Position numbers and translations under genes: made by a program
Notes under the pieces: model-generated
Seen by the model: the letters and a program-made list of their open reading frames with translations, nothing else
The model's database searches: none
Told to the model about the DNA's origin: nothing
Assembly (NCBI GenBank): GCA_002633005.1
Contig: NMRA01000518.1
Location: forward strand, 62,001 to 126,000
Reading direction: 5' to 3'
From: Phoronis australis
Taxonomy: Eukaryota; Animalia; Phoronida
Length of the DNA: 64,000 bases
Part shown: piece by piece, positions 14,239-27,862 of the stretch
Layout of the letters: each line of letters starts with the position of its first letter
Position numbering within the stretch: the stretch's first letter is position 1

Positions 14239-14418
14239 AGGTTTGCTATCTCCCTAAAGTGGGGGGACCATGCAGCAGCGAAAATGAAGAACGTTGGTGG
14301 TACAACCCGTCATCTAAGAGCTGCGAGAAATTCCAATATGGTGGTTGTGAAGGCAATGCAAACCGGTTTGAAACAGAGGCTGCTTGCCAGGCAAGCTGTG
14401 TGCTGCCCCAGCAAATAG
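14239..14418 (+). CDS. Kunitz exon K2 (P1 Ser)
   Basis: CYLPKVGGPCSSENEERWWY..FQYGGCEGNANRF; tgcag|AG and ATAG|GTGAGT. Confidence 0.93.
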   Translation, partial: RFAISLKWGDHAAAKMKNVGGTTRHLRAARNSNMVVVKAMQTGLKQRLLARQAVCCPSK

Positions 14419-16049
14419 GTGAGTTGGAGTGGTAGCCATCTTGAATTTGACATTTGTTACACTTGGGTGTGGCTTTTTGAGAGGACACAAGTTTATAATA
14501 TTATAATGTCAGGAAAACATTGGAAGTCAATTTTTAAAATTCTTTGGAAGATTGAATCTATTCTGGTTAAAGCTTTATTTGCTCCTGTTTCTGCTTCGAT
14601 TTTAAATTAAGAAATTTGCCAATTTTAGCATTGATTTCAATATCCAGTTGGAATTGAGATAACCTGTGAAGGAATTGAATCATTTTTGTAATGGCTGACC
14701 AATCTTGCATTTCGACGAGTTAATGCTCTAAATGTTTTCCATGATAATGGAAATAAAGTTCTATGTAAGGAAAACTTCCATAACAATTTTGTCTTGTAAG
14801 TGGCCTAGTTTCTTTTTAATACAGTTTGACGGAGATGACCCTCACTAATACGATGGCATTCTTGTTTCACCCAGGTTGTGTTGTGTACTCCAGGATAGCT
14901 TGTCTGTGTCTTTTTTAACTAATTAAGACTCCTTGTTAACATTTTCTTGTTCTCTGTCTCAAAGTCAAGTAGCTACCTCAGAAGTGATCTTTTACTCAAC
15001 TCAAGTTAACGGCTTATACTTGGGAATGTTCTTATTGGGGTATACTTCTATATTCAACTGGTTGGTATCTGCCGCAAGTGCTCACCACTGTGTTATTCAA
15101 TATCAATCAATGACTAGCTGCATAAAAATTGTATGCTGATAACCACAGTGCTATGGCATTTCCTCCCTATGCTTGGCATCATGCAACAATCAAAGTTTAT
15201 ATAGCCCAGATAAGTTATAGAGTTTTATGCAACCTAGTCCTGTTTGAGAGTTTTAGCCTTTTGCTACATGTGATTGAATGCCTTGGACCGTTCAGTTCAT
15301 GAATGTGATATACCCGGATGGTTAGGGCGGGAAATAAGCGTTTGACACCTTCTCTCCATTTACATGCCAACTAATTCAAAAACAAGCTCCAAATTAGATT
15401 GACTGGTGAGAATTTAAACTTTTCGAATCGTGTTTTGAGAGACTATTATCAATATTTTTTCTTTGATATAAGAAAATCTATGATAAAATGTTCCATAGTG
15501 TTGGCCTGTGTTTCCTATATTTAAAATGCAGTGTGTTATGCTTATTTCATCTTCTGCGTATAGACCTTGTGGCATATGTTAACGTGTATGGTACATCACC
15601 CTCAAAAATGGGAAGCTTTGTTTGTAGTGAATATGATAACAATGTGATAACAATATGATAACAATATGATAACAATATCCAAAAGAAGTTGATGGAATAC
15701 GGGTTCTCCTCCTCAATGATTGTGCTTCAACTTTCTTCAACTGACTAATAGTGATGTGGTTCTTCATCTGACTAATAGTGATGTGGTTCATGTCACATGA
15801 AGAGCATTTTGACAAAGGAGATTGTTGATAATCACCTTCAAGGGTTGATAGATCAGCAAACATGTTGACCCACAGAATCTGACCAGTGTAAATAGTGCGT
15901 GGGGATTGGTTGAGTTTGCACACTTGCTCACTCTCCTGATATTCCATGGTCCGATGATTGTTTGTGTTGTATTAAGTTCACTAAGGTCATTCCATTATTA
16001 AGGTAGACACATTGCCTGATCACTCTCATTCGCCCTACATGCCAAGATG

Positions 16050-16290
16050 ATGACACTTGGCTTACCTCAAAATCCAACTGCTGCCTAGTGCTTTGGTAAT
16101 TGATTCAGTTATGTTGCTCACTCAGCAGAATTAATGAGGAACATATTGCAACATTAAACAGACATTTTAGGTTGTAAAAGTTGCATTTCGTGTCCAGTGT
16201 TTAAAATTCAAAAAGCTTATCAAATATGATTTTCACGTGCTGTTCAAATATGCTATTTACAAACTTTCAAAGCAAAACTTCAAAAATACT
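16050..16290. repeat. Interspersed repeat copy, diverged homolog at about 59695-59900
   Basis: Shared blocks ttggctt.cctcaa..tccaactgctg, cagaattaatga and ttaaaattcaaaaa..ttcaaata.gctattta in the same order. Confidence 0.65.
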
Positions 16291-17422
16291 GTTGTCGTCC
16301 CCATGTGTTTGTAACCATAGCAGCAAGGTGTATTTGATCTAAACCAGCAGATTCTGGGTGCGCAAGCCTGTGGAGTTGCCCAATCTCTTCTGGTCAGAGT
16401 GTCATTGTAGGACTCTTTTCATGTAGTACCCTCTTTGTCATTGAAATGTTCTAATGTTTATGCAAGAGTTTTCTTGTTATTTAATGCTTGATAAGAATGA
16501 GTCCAGGTTGGATAAGTGTGAACAGATTTAGTGTTATGTGTAGATAAAGGAAACTATAATCTTGGACCTGCTGTAGGGTGAAATTGGGCTTTAGAAACAT
16601 TTTCTGTGTTTTGTTATTGCCGAGTATTACATCATTTGTATTGTTCTTGCACTTTTCTGTTTAATAAATAAGTTTGTTTTGTCACTTAACCTACATATTA
16701 TTGTGTATAATTCATATTTTATCAAGCAAATGATTTAAGTGCTCTCAAAAATGTTTGTGAATTAATAAAGCCATTTAGCTCTGTTGTTATAAGCTCATGG
16801 TTTCCTTTTAAAATTTATATAGGTGTCTGTTGTGCTGCTGTTTAAATTTCAAAGTTGTGAAATTCCAAATGTATGTTGTCTTTAACTTTATCAGCTTTTG
16901 GACAAATAGTATTATAGAATTTGCACAAGTGGTTCACAAATGTTTGCTTATGAATATTGGTCCTTTCCCCTGTGGAGTTTCTCTCAATGAACCAATTCCA
17001 GTCCTTATGAAAATACCACAGATTATCATTGACAGAGCCCTTTTCTAATCTGCTCCAGCTTAGACTCCCTGCTCTGTTGGTGGCATATTTGGCTTATTGT
17101 CTAACATTGCTCTCAGTAAACATTCCCCATGAAAGATTGTGTTGTCTAACACTTATAGTTATCATCTGCTAGGTCTCCCTGGTCAATGGCTCTGTTATCT
17201 TCAATCTACACACTAAGTTCAGTGTGACCCCCCTGGGCACTCAGCTGAGACATTATTTCTGTCTGGCTGATCAGTTCATTCATTCATAAACTGCAGCTAG
17301 GACAGGCAGGGTGCAGGAGTCAGTGAACTCACTGAGGGCTTTATTATATTGGAGTTGAGTTGATTTTTTTGATGTGTGTTGTGTGATAGTGACTATACTG
17401 ACGAGATTGAAGATTGGCAGTG

Positions 17423-17957
17423 ATGGAGAACTTGCCTCGGTTATTCACATTTATAGTGATTGTCTGCATATGTTTTCCACGACTTTCACACTGTTGGTGG
17501 TTTTTGGGTGGTGATGAAGATCCAACCACAACACTCCAGCCCTTGCCGGAAAGGAAAACTCCAGGAGTCATTACGGAATTTAAGAAAATCAGCTCAACCA
17601 GTGTAAGGACTACAATCAGTAGTACGCCGAGTACTCTAAGTACTAAAACTACAACTCCTAGTACTACCACTGGTAGTACAGCAACTCATAGTAGTACAAT
17701 TACTAGTAGGCCTACTACACGTCCTAGAACTAGGCCTACGCCACATCCTAGAACTAGTCCCACTGCGCGTCCTAGAACTAGGCCTTCTACAACTGCTAGA
17801 AAGACCAAACCAACAGTGGCACCAACGACCAGACCAACTAGTGAGCCTGTCACAGGAAGGCCTAAAGCACCAACACCTTGGTTTGTACACAGCACGCGAC
17901 CACTCATAGGATCTATGCTTACCATGCCTGACATGATATTTATTCCTATGAATTCAG
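17423..17957 (+). CDS. Putative alternative first-exon extension: signal peptide plus Thr/Pro/Arg stalk, in frame with K3
   Basis: ATG in strong context (gtgATGG). MENLPRLFTFIVIVCICFPRLSHC is hydrophobic. About 178 stop-free codons lead into K3. Confidence 0.7.
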
Positions 17958-18134
17958 ATGTGTGCAGCCTGCCAAAAACTGAAGGTCCATGCCGAGGTTC
18001 CTTTGTACGCTGGTTTTACGACCAAGCCACTGCCAGTTGCAAGCAGTTCATTTATGGCGGGTGTAAGGGCAACCTAAACCAGTTTCAAACAAAGGAGGAG
18101 TGCTCGAAAAAATGTGTGAAGGTCGATGCTAAAG
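17958..18134 (+). CDS. Kunitz exon K3 (P1 Arg)
   Basis: CSLPKTEGPCRGSFVRWFYD..FIYGGCKGN; aattcag|AT and AAAG|GTAAGA. Confidence 0.93.
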
Positions 18135-19669
18135 GTAAGACCATGTGATGACCCCTTTTCCAGTGAAAAAAGTGTGAATGAAAAGAATAAATTTGCTCAA
18201 GCTTGATAGCTTGTGTACACTGAGTTATGGTATTACACACCAGTCATTATGTTTAGGTGTTGAGCTGGTATTATGGGCTTCTTTATATGAAAAGACAGAG
18301 GCTTTGTAATGCAATCTAGTGTCAAGTGCAGTGCATTTATAACACAAATCCCCTAGAAGAAAGTTTCCCATTCAGCCAAGTACAATAGTGAGTTTTGAAT
18401 TAGACATTGTTACCAAGCACTTCATAAAAAACATTAAGCATGTGCTTTACTCCTGTCTCTGTGCAGAATTATTCAAATTTCTAATCTATTCCCTATTGAT
18501 TTGTGATAGGAGTTGTATAGAATTTTAAGATCATAAAGCATGTCTCGGATGTCATATAAAGAGGTGGTATTTTGTTAATGCTGACTCAATTTGATTACTA
18601 ATAGGGACTGATTTAGCCCGATTTTGAAAAGGTGTTCATTGTGTCTACCATGTTTTCTCTAAACACTTAAATTTGATCTTGCTTTACAGTGTTGCTGAAG
18701 CTTGTTTTAATTGATTTACGTCCTAGGAGTGAACTCCCGCGTTTAGCAGTTTATTTATGTACGATAAAGCCTAACCAATATTTAGGGCACAGTATGTCTG
18801 ACAAGTGAAATTAATATTTTATGTTTTCATTTTTAGTGTAAGAAAGAAGCTAATAACTACATGTAAAGTCTATGCCATACCTACCTTCAGACAATGGGAA
18901 ATTATGGACATTCAAAACAGTGTTAGAAGCTTTTGAAACATGAAACATTACTAATTTGGCAGTTATTTTTGTCGGATATTGGTTAGATTTTACCGTATTG
19001 AGCTTATCCCGCATCTTAATCGGTATTAAACTTGTTTTCGCAATTAATGTTTGTCCTTGTTCTAGTCTGTTCCTCATTCTCAGCTGCGTGATGTATTTAC
19101 CTGGATTTTTTGTAAATAGTTAGTATTTTATTCGATATTTCGAAGTAGCGTTGAATTCCGATTCCCAATTCCTTACGTTTTTCTTCTTCCTGGAGTCTAC
19201 CCTTTCTAAATCGAAAGTTTTGTCATATTTTGGTCCCAGAGATTAAATTGATGCTAAACTGTTACTTTCTATCAAATTGTTTTGATTTAGGCCTATTACC
19301 ATTGCGAACTTGGTCTTTTCACGTTCCTTACTCAGATTAGAATTGATATTTAGATTCTGGTAGAACTGACAGTTTTCTATTTGTTCAGATTAAACTACAA
19401 ATATTCATGAGTTTAGTCTGAATAAATAACCAACTATCAGTCCCTTCCTAGCCCAGAAATCCCACCTGTTATGATCAACGAACAATGTGAGACCAAAGTT
19501 TTAGTGGTAAGTGGTCTGAATCAAGCCTTGCTTTTGACAAATCACAGGTTTAATGTTGCTTTAAGTTAAGTTTCAAAAGAGCAAACTTCAAATGAAGGCC
19601 AGGTATTTGATTCTTAGGCCCAACCATCAATATTAATCTGCAGTGGAATCTGTCAAACAGTCTGCTTAT

Positions 19670-19903
19670 CATTACAAAACTGGCCTCAACCTTTTGCCAA
19701 GATTAGAATTGATTTTTGGGCTTGGGATGGCCTAACACTTACTCATTACTCGCTCAAGGCCATGCTCTGAATTTAAAATTACCAGACAGGTCAAGTCATC
19801 TTGTTCAACCTGGTCGCAAGCATTTAGGTACTGTCTTGGCTCCCCAATCACAAAAATCACTCCTGCTCTGGCAAAAGAAAATTTGAGACCCAGTTTTGTA
19901 ATG
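19670..19903. mobile_element. MITE-like element with imperfect inverted ends of about 60 nt
   Basis: cattacaaaactgg..cttttgcca..tgatttttg pairs with caaaaatca..tggcaaaag..ccagttttgtaatg. Confidence 0.55.
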
Positions 19904-20432
19904 CTTACTGTTCAAAACTGAAAATTAAGTTTTTGACAAAGGGCAAGTTTGTAGCACTTTATGGTCGAAAGCTTACGATCACATACTGATACTTTGCCTT
20001 ATTTGTAAGAGTTATACTGTTTCGTGCAGTGGGCCCAACCATGAGATCTGCGCATATCTGATGCACTGCAAATGACACCAGGCCACCTGCACTGTTTTTT
20101 TTTTTATATGTTTTGACATGCTATGTTTGCCTGTTGTTAATGCTGTACTTCAGAATGTTTCTGTTGAGAACATTTTGATTTATTTCTTCATCAGCTATTT
20201 CATTTGTTTGCTGTTTCAATTCGAAATTAATATATTCTTATTAATTATAGAAGTGGATGATTCCTTTAAAAGAATTGTCTATTCACACTTGCGCTGCATC
20301 AAATCTGTGAAGTTTCACGCTTTGGTCGTGTCTAGGTCGAGAGACTTGTTGACTTGCTCAATGAATGGTGCCCCGAGTGTTGTAACATGTTATCAAACAA
20401 CGCTATAATTTCAAGTCTGTATTTATCACCAG

Positions 20433-20615
20433 CGGTGTGTCTGCAACCTAAATATGAAGGACCATGCAATAGCCCTATTGAAAAATGGTACTTTAATGAG
20501 CGGACGGCACACTGTGAGCCATTCCAGTATGGGGGGTGCTCTGGCAATGACAACCGATTTGAGAGTGAGGCTGCTTGCGAGGCCAAGTGTGGCCGTGTCA
20601 GAGCTAGCCTGGAAG
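20433..20615 (+). CDS. Kunitz exon K4 (P1 Asn)
   Basis: CLQPKYEGPCNSPIEKWYF..FQYGGCSGNDNRF; accag|CG and GAAG|GTAAGG. Confidence 0.93.
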
Positions 20616-21740
20616 GTAAGGCTCCCCCGGGACAGATCACTTCACTGGTCGGAACTAGACAGAGCTAGTTGCCATGCTTTTGCCTTCCCTGCTTTCATAT
20701 TTTTCTTTTAAAATCTTCTAAAGGTTTTTTTTTAATTGCTTTTAAATTATTTTCATATAGTTGATTTAACATTGTAAGTAAGCATTGCCTCCAGGATTTT
20801 TAAGTTGTTGGAACTTTTTTTGGAGAGTGGCTGATAGATTTTATTAGCAAAAACTATTTGTCTGTAATTTTTTTTCCTTTAAAAATATAACCCACAAGTA
20901 TAACGAAGCATAACTTCTGATGTAGTGAAGTCTAACAGTCAGCAGAATGTCATTAGTAGTTAATACAACAAGTGTTTTAAAGTTCTGAATGACATCTTAT
21001 TAGAAATCAATCCTGCTGTAGATTCATGCTTCAACTACTAGTAGTGCTTAGGTCGAGCTTTTAGTTTATTTACAATCTGCTGTGTAGGGTGCTGTGCAAT
21101 CCCTTCTCTCACCCCCCATGAAGTGATCACCCTTGGGTGGGGCAATAATTATTAACTGCTTTCTGTCCACTAATTGCTTGAATTTCTCCTTTCAGAGAGC
21201 CCTCACATGCACATTCACATGTAATTACAGGCACTGTGTAACTTGAAGAAGCTGCTGTCTTAGATCAACAACTTGGCTACATCATAACACTGGGTCTTTA
21301 GGGACTTGTGTAATTAACAAGACCCTGAGCCTATGCCCTGTCTTCTAGTTTCCTGATAGCCTGCATTTGAATATTGGCCAAATATTAATTTTGAAAGTAG
21401 TATTCAAAAAAATTTTTGTTGTCAGTTTCGTATTCGTTATATGGAGTCAACATGGTTTTGTACAAATTAAATATCAGTTTGGTAACGAAATGGTTTACCT
21501 CAGTTTAACAGTGAAATGTAATTATTTGAGGTTATGTCCATGCTTATCTTTCCAAACACTGAGTGGTCAAGCAAGACCCCCCAAAGTTTTTAAATGTTTC
21601 TTCCATTGTCAACAGCGTGTTCAGCCAACGGTTGGTACAAACTCTCTGGAATTATAATGGGACTGAGGCTCAGAGGTTTTTCTATGTAAGCAGTCACAAT
21701 CACCTTCATCTTGATCAGGTGCCACGTGTTGTATTTGTAG

Positions 21741-21923
21741 ATGTCTGTGATTTGAGCATCGTGGAGGGACCATGTTTTGGGTACCTTCAGCGTTGGGCCT
21801 ACGACAAAGAGACTGGCTACTGCGAGCAGTTTGTTTATGGAGGCTGTGGAGGGAACAAGAATAACTTCATGAATGAAGGAGAGTGCAAGAAACGCTGCAA
21901 TGCTAAAACCAGAGATAGAAAAG
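21741..21923 (+). CDS. Kunitz exon K5 (P1 Phe)
   Basis: CDLSIVEGPCFGYLQRWAYD..FVYGGCGGN; tgtag|AT and AAAG|GTATGG. Confidence 0.93.
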
Positions 21924-24900
21924 GTATGGATTTTTTCTGATGTGTAAATTTTCATCCTTTGTAGCAGTATGGCAATATATGTTTTAGTTTGCTGAAAAAA
22001 AATGGGTGCAAAGACGAAGAGCTACTTTTTCTCAGCTTTATATATTTCTTATTAATGACTAAAATGTTCATTTTCTCAACCAACTGTCAGAATGGAAGGA
22101 CAAGAGGGTTATAATTTAGGTTTGAAAAAGAATTTAAAAGTCTAATCCAGTTGACCATCAGTGAGGTTTCCTAGATAAAACATAATGTTTATGTAGCATC
22201 AGTGCTAAGTGGGTTGATATTTAAAGTCGCTGGGTCGTAGTTTGGCGAATAAGATGGTTAAATTTAAATTAAACTTAATTTTAGTATGCTATACTTTGAA
22301 ACAAACCATGATCGTTGATCTGAATACAGAAAATACCTGAAGCCGTGTGAGCCTTGGATTCTCTAACAATAATCGTGGAAAATTTACTTGTTTCCTTTGA
22401 AAAGTCTGAAACATAGTCAACCAAATGTCACTGTTGGTGGAAAAAGCCAAAACCTTATGCGTAAACGTGTGAAATCTTTGTCTAGTTTCAACTCTGAACA
22501 ATTCAAAACCATTTGAAGTTGAAATGAAAATGAGGATTCAGCTACTTTTACTGATTTGTTTATTGACAGGTTAATAGGACTTAAGCTTATGATTGACCTT
22601 TGCTAGGAAATTTCAAATTTTTGCTAAGTTTGGAACATCACATCTCAGAAATGACTGATGAGATTCATATGAAACTTGTAAGATAGTACGTTATAAGCAT
22701 TGTTCTCCTAAAGGCTGTTAGTAATTGTTTACTTAACGTCACGTTTTTGCATAAGGACTATTGAAAAATAGGACTTGTATATTAAAAATAAAAGTTGCAC
22801 AAAATGATGACTTAGATAGCTGTTAACAGCATTTCTGCGATTTTATCTTGAACATTTATATCAAACGAAATTTGGTCATGGTATTGATATTGTTGTTTTG
22901 CTATGAATGTATCTTTCTTTTTGGCTAAGTTTCACTAAAAAGACATTGCCACATGACTCAATTAATGGCATTTTGGTTTAAAACCAAAAATCAAATTCTG
23001 CATGCCATCCTCCTTCAAAAAATATTGTCTTTCACTGTGTTAAAATCTGTAATTTTGTAAATATTTGGCTTAATAGGCAAACTCAGTCTGATGAAGTCCT
23101 GCATAACTTTAAGCAGTTGGAATGTGCAATTCATATTAAAATTGTCCATTTCTGTAGCCTCATTATTCATAGGTCACTGAAGGTCTGGCATGACATAATC
23201 TTACTACAGTAGTTGACATAGTGACCACTAGATCTTGGCCTACCTGCACAGTTATTTCACAATTACTGAAGACCTTAACTTGTCAAGTGGGTCTATCAAT
23301 ACTGAAGGCAATCACCCTTTAACAATATTTTGGTTATTCCTTTGTCAAAGTTGTCTACTGGTTGCCCATTTGAAGTGCATGAAGCATACATGTTGTTAGA
23401 CAAAACTTTACAGTTGGTTGCTCACTAAGTTACTTGTCTGGGCTATTGTTAGGTGTAATTTCATGTGCATAAAGAGATAACATTGGCCACAATGAGCCTG
23501 TGTAGTTGACCAGTGGTTGTGATTGAACTGAGCAACTGAATATATTCCTGGCATTTACTTCTTTATCACATGCTCTTGTAATACATAGTTGATCTTTGGC
23601 CTTAGATATCTAGAACATATCGGGACAGAAATTTTGTCAAACCAGATGTTCGCCCATGACCCAAGAATAAGAGATTGTATTGTATTGTTGGTGGCTATTA
23701 ATCTTAGCTAATGAGTGACTGTCTATTGTCTTTTCTAATGAGCTGCTCATGTCTTAAGCAATTAGCAATACCTAATTAGCTAAAGAAAAGTGGAGTTAGA
23801 TATTTTAAATGCGGTATTCTTACTATGAAAAGTACTTTGTGCTCCCAACTTCAGTGACCTCAATTTGGTGCCTTCAGAATCCCCTGGTTCTAGTGTTTGC
23901 TTCTCATCCATGGAACAAGGATAGCTTTCATTCATGGCTGACATTTTATCAGCTTGAAATGAGAGTATCAAAGGGTACTGTTTGACTTTCAGGCACTGTA
24001 TTTAATTTAAGTATGTCCTATGCATGCTCATGTTTTTGTTGGAGTTTATTTAGTGGGTTACTAATGTCTGCAGGCTGATTCCTCTTTAGTTTAGTGTTAA
24101 GTGTTTGACATAGTTATCAAGTGATTAGCTTTGTGAATACCTGATTAAGTCCTAAATGTCCACTGGCCATACAAAGAACTTCAGGCTTGTCAGTCTTTCC
24201 TGAGAAAAATGACAGGAAAGAAAAAGTTTATGTTTGTTTTTTGTAAGATGAATATTACATAAACAACGCGATGGGAAATAAAATTTTAGACAGATCTTGT
24301 TGAATGTTCTTGTGTTGATGTTCTATAGTAGTTATTAAGTACAGGACTTCTCTGTCATGTTCTATAGTAGTTATTGAATACAGGACTTCTCTGTGTCTGA
24401 ATGCGAGTTCATTCAATGAAGGAGCACATGACCCAACATATAGTTCTATGTAATAAACATCCAAGATTTGACATGGCATTAGTTTAGGCTGAGTGAATTT
24501 TTTTACTATTTGACACAAACTTAATAGTACTTACTATACAGCTGATGTCTCATCCCTTTTAACGATTTTTCATTTTTAACCTTTGACACAAAGTTATTGG
24601 AGCATTGAACAATAAACATTTAGTGCATGAAGCAAAAATACTTTTGATGTCGACTCACAATGCAGAATGGCTTTGAATCAATGTAAAGGACTTCAAGGAC
24701 TAAAAATTGGATACACTATTATCACCTCTGAGTAGGCTCTCTGTCAAAAGGGTGAAAAAATGATTACAAACATCTTTCTTTGTTAGGCAGTTCTTAACAC
24801 AATTAGCCTAATATGCATGGCTGTAAAATTATGTGTCATCCGCTGATCAAATACTTGCGATGTCATCAGGAATTTCGACAATTCCGTGTAAGCGAATTGC

Positions 24901-25037
24901 CTACTTTGAATGATCTAACCTGTAATTGTAGCGTTGTCGGTGTTTGATGGCATTTTGCAATTAGTTTGTTTCCGTGGCATGACATACTAACTATTTGAAC
25001 TTTTTTAAAAAACGACCATCAATTAATATTTTTTCAG

Positions 25038-25211
25038 CTGTGTGTAAGGAGCGGCCGGATCCAGGAAATTGCAGGGCATCTTTCTCCCGTTATTATTATG
25101 ACACCAGCACTGGACTGTGCAAACCATTCAAATACACTGGCTGTCGAGGGAATGGAAACCGATTTGAGTCAATGGAGGAGTGTGAAAAAGTCTGCGGTCT
25201 CGATAGAGCAG
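25038..25211 (+). CDS. Kunitz exon K6 (P1 Arg)
   Basis: CKERPDPGNCRASFSRYYYD..FKYTGCRGNGNRF; tttcag|CT and GCAG|GTATTC. Confidence 0.92.
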
Positions 25212-26174
25212 GTATTCTAGCAAAGAAATTTGTTTTGGTTTAGTAAAGTTTTATTCTCCACATGATTATAGACCTGAATGCCCTTGAGTGTGGTTGTATC
25301 ATAGCTGGGTGAATGACTTAGATTACCTAGACTTTTAGGTTTCGGTGCCTGTCTGAAGTCTGGGATCCCGACTCGGCTTATTGTGAATGAGTACTTGTCA
25401 AAATGTGTTCATTACTGTCCAGTAGTTCTGTGTCATCGTTTTTGTTTGCCACTGGCTGTTGACTACTAGTTCGGTCAAGTTGGATTTTGTTGCATTATGC
25501 TAGTTTTAATTGAATGTTGTTTAATTCTATGATGATAAAAAATTGCACAGGAATGAGGTAATTGTTTCCTCAAGGATTGCATAATACATTTTCATGGGGT
25601 AGAATTATGATTTGTGCCATCCTGTTGTAGGACCTCAGGAATCTTTCTGAATGATTTTTTGACACATGAGCTCCATCGGACATACCATGTATTTATGTTA
25701 ATTCATATGTTTGCTTGTTCCTACTGTTTGAAGTGCTAGCTATGGGAAAGAGTTAGCACAGCAATGGCTGTATTCCAAAACGAACTAAAGCAGTTGTCGA
25801 AACTCCGTATACAGCTCTTCCCCTGATGATGTGTTATGCAGTCTGTTATGTCGGTTAGGGACTATTCTCAATTATTGCCATTTTCCATGTGTGTACAAGG
25901 CGTTCGCTTTTTCCACCCCCCTCCCAAATTGTATAAATATATTGATACTGAGGTTGAATCAATTGAGGAAAAGACCAGTTCCCAACTATTTAATTTTCGC
26001 TCACCTGTGAAACAATGACTAGTTTAACCCGATAAAACATTTTTGGTGTTACCGTCACTGAATCAGCATGTTGATATTAAAAAAATATTTTGAAAGCAGT
26101 TGATAGATTCTCATTGAATTTTTCTCTGTTTGCATTACCATTTTTCCCTCCAAAAGCATATGCTAGTAAGAAGC

Positions 26175-26660
26175 CTTGATCCCCTCTTTCTTTGATGCGT
26201 TTTTTGTCCACCCGTGAAAGAGGTGACAATTGTGAACAGTCCCTGTATGAGCTTTTACATGCCCTGTGATTGCTGCGTCAAATATCTACTGGTTGGTTTC
26301 TTGTTGTTATCTACCGTCTTACCCTTGTTGTTCATGTTGTCATGGAGTCTCTTTCAGTCTTGTTTTCTTGTGGTTTGTTTCTTCTGTGTATGTGTCATTT
26401 CTTGCTGATACTGTTGCTGTCTCTTCTTTTCTTGGTTGTTTGTTTGTTTGTTTGTTTGTGCCGTGACGTTTTCTTGTTATCTTTCTCAGGTGTCTGTTTC
26501 GAAACTGTTCCTTTGTTGCCACTCTGTATTGTCTTGCCTGTAGGATTTAGCACCACCTTTGTTGAACCTCATAATGCTCTCTACCCTTGTCAATTTACCT
26601 CACCTCTTGGTGTGAACATAACAACACTGAAACTCTCTAGTGGAATGCCAGCAATAAAGG
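26175..26660 (-). mobile_element. Possible decayed LTR-retrotransposon 3' remnant
   Basis: Minus-strand KSY...RNRHLRK, split across frames, resembles Gypsy integrase C-termini. A purine tract (aaagaaagagggga) follows. Weak evidence. Confidence 0.25.
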
Positions 26661-27652
26661 TAACTGAACCATGAATGAATGTGCACTAGAAGTTGACCTG
26701 TGCATAGAAATTCAGCCATAGTAAAATGTATTGCAGTCATGTAGTTAACTACATGCATATATTATATTGAAGGCTATTTGCTCCATGCAAAACTTCTTGA
26801 GATTATATATTCATGGTTCTTGAGTATATTTTAATGTTGTCATCATGGGAAATCACAAAAATTCTATTTAACCGATTCGTAGTTACCGAATCAATTAGAT
26901 TTTTAGACCTTAGTCAACATTATCTGTCATTTACACTGCTACAACAACAGCTTATTTGGGAAGCAGTTATGATATCTGGTCACATGACCGATGGCTCACA
27001 CTGTCACCTATGTGCATGTAAACAAACTTATAGTTTCTAGCTAATGCCTTTTGTTGTAAATTGGAGTTCATTTTGGGCATTGAATTAGTTCCTGTTTTTA
27101 CTGGAGGACGGTATGGATAACTCCTTCTGATAATATCATTCCGATTTTAGTTGATGTTGCTAAAAAGATGACATTTGTCCAAAGAAAATTCCAAATGCCT
27201 GCCCACGAATTGAACTAATGCTGATCAAGCCAGAGTTTGCAAATTAATGATAAATGAAACCATTCTTACAAGAACAAATGACCATCACCAATTCAAGTGT
27301 ATAACATTTTACGAGTACCATTATAGTACGTAGTATCAATTGGTTGTTATTTTAGACGAGATGTTCTTTAAAGAAATTGTTTGCATGAACCTGGGCACTC
27401 GCAGCTCGCCAGCTATAACATGACTATAATCACTGATTGATGGTGTTTAACTGCATCCACTCTCACTAGAGTATAAAATTGTCGTGGGAGTCGTCGATTC
27501 CTCTTAATCAGCTGCCATTGTATCTTAAATATGAATTAAAACGAAATTGTTAATGTGATTTCCCATTGTGATTGACTACCTGTGACCTACGCGTCACGTG
27601 ACATGCTGAAACACTTAGTATAGCAAGGCGGTAACTTTCTCTTGCTTGCCAG

Positions 27653-27862
27653 TCGATGCATGCAGCATGCCTAGAGATTCTGGCCCGTGTGAGGCCCGCA
27701 TACAACGGTGGTACTACGATAAGACCTCCCGCCAGTGTCGGACTTTCGACTACGGCGGTTGTGGCGGCAACACTAACAACTTTCCATCGGAGAGGGACTG
27801 TAGTGCCAGGTGCTCCGTGTCTTCCCCTGTCACATCATCGTCATCTCGAGGTTCTACTGCAG
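27653..27862 (+). CDS. Kunitz exon K7 (P1 Glu) plus Ser linker
   Basis: CSMPRDSGPCEARIQRWYYD..FDYGGCGGN; gccag|TC and GCAG|GTAAAG. Confidence 0.93.
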
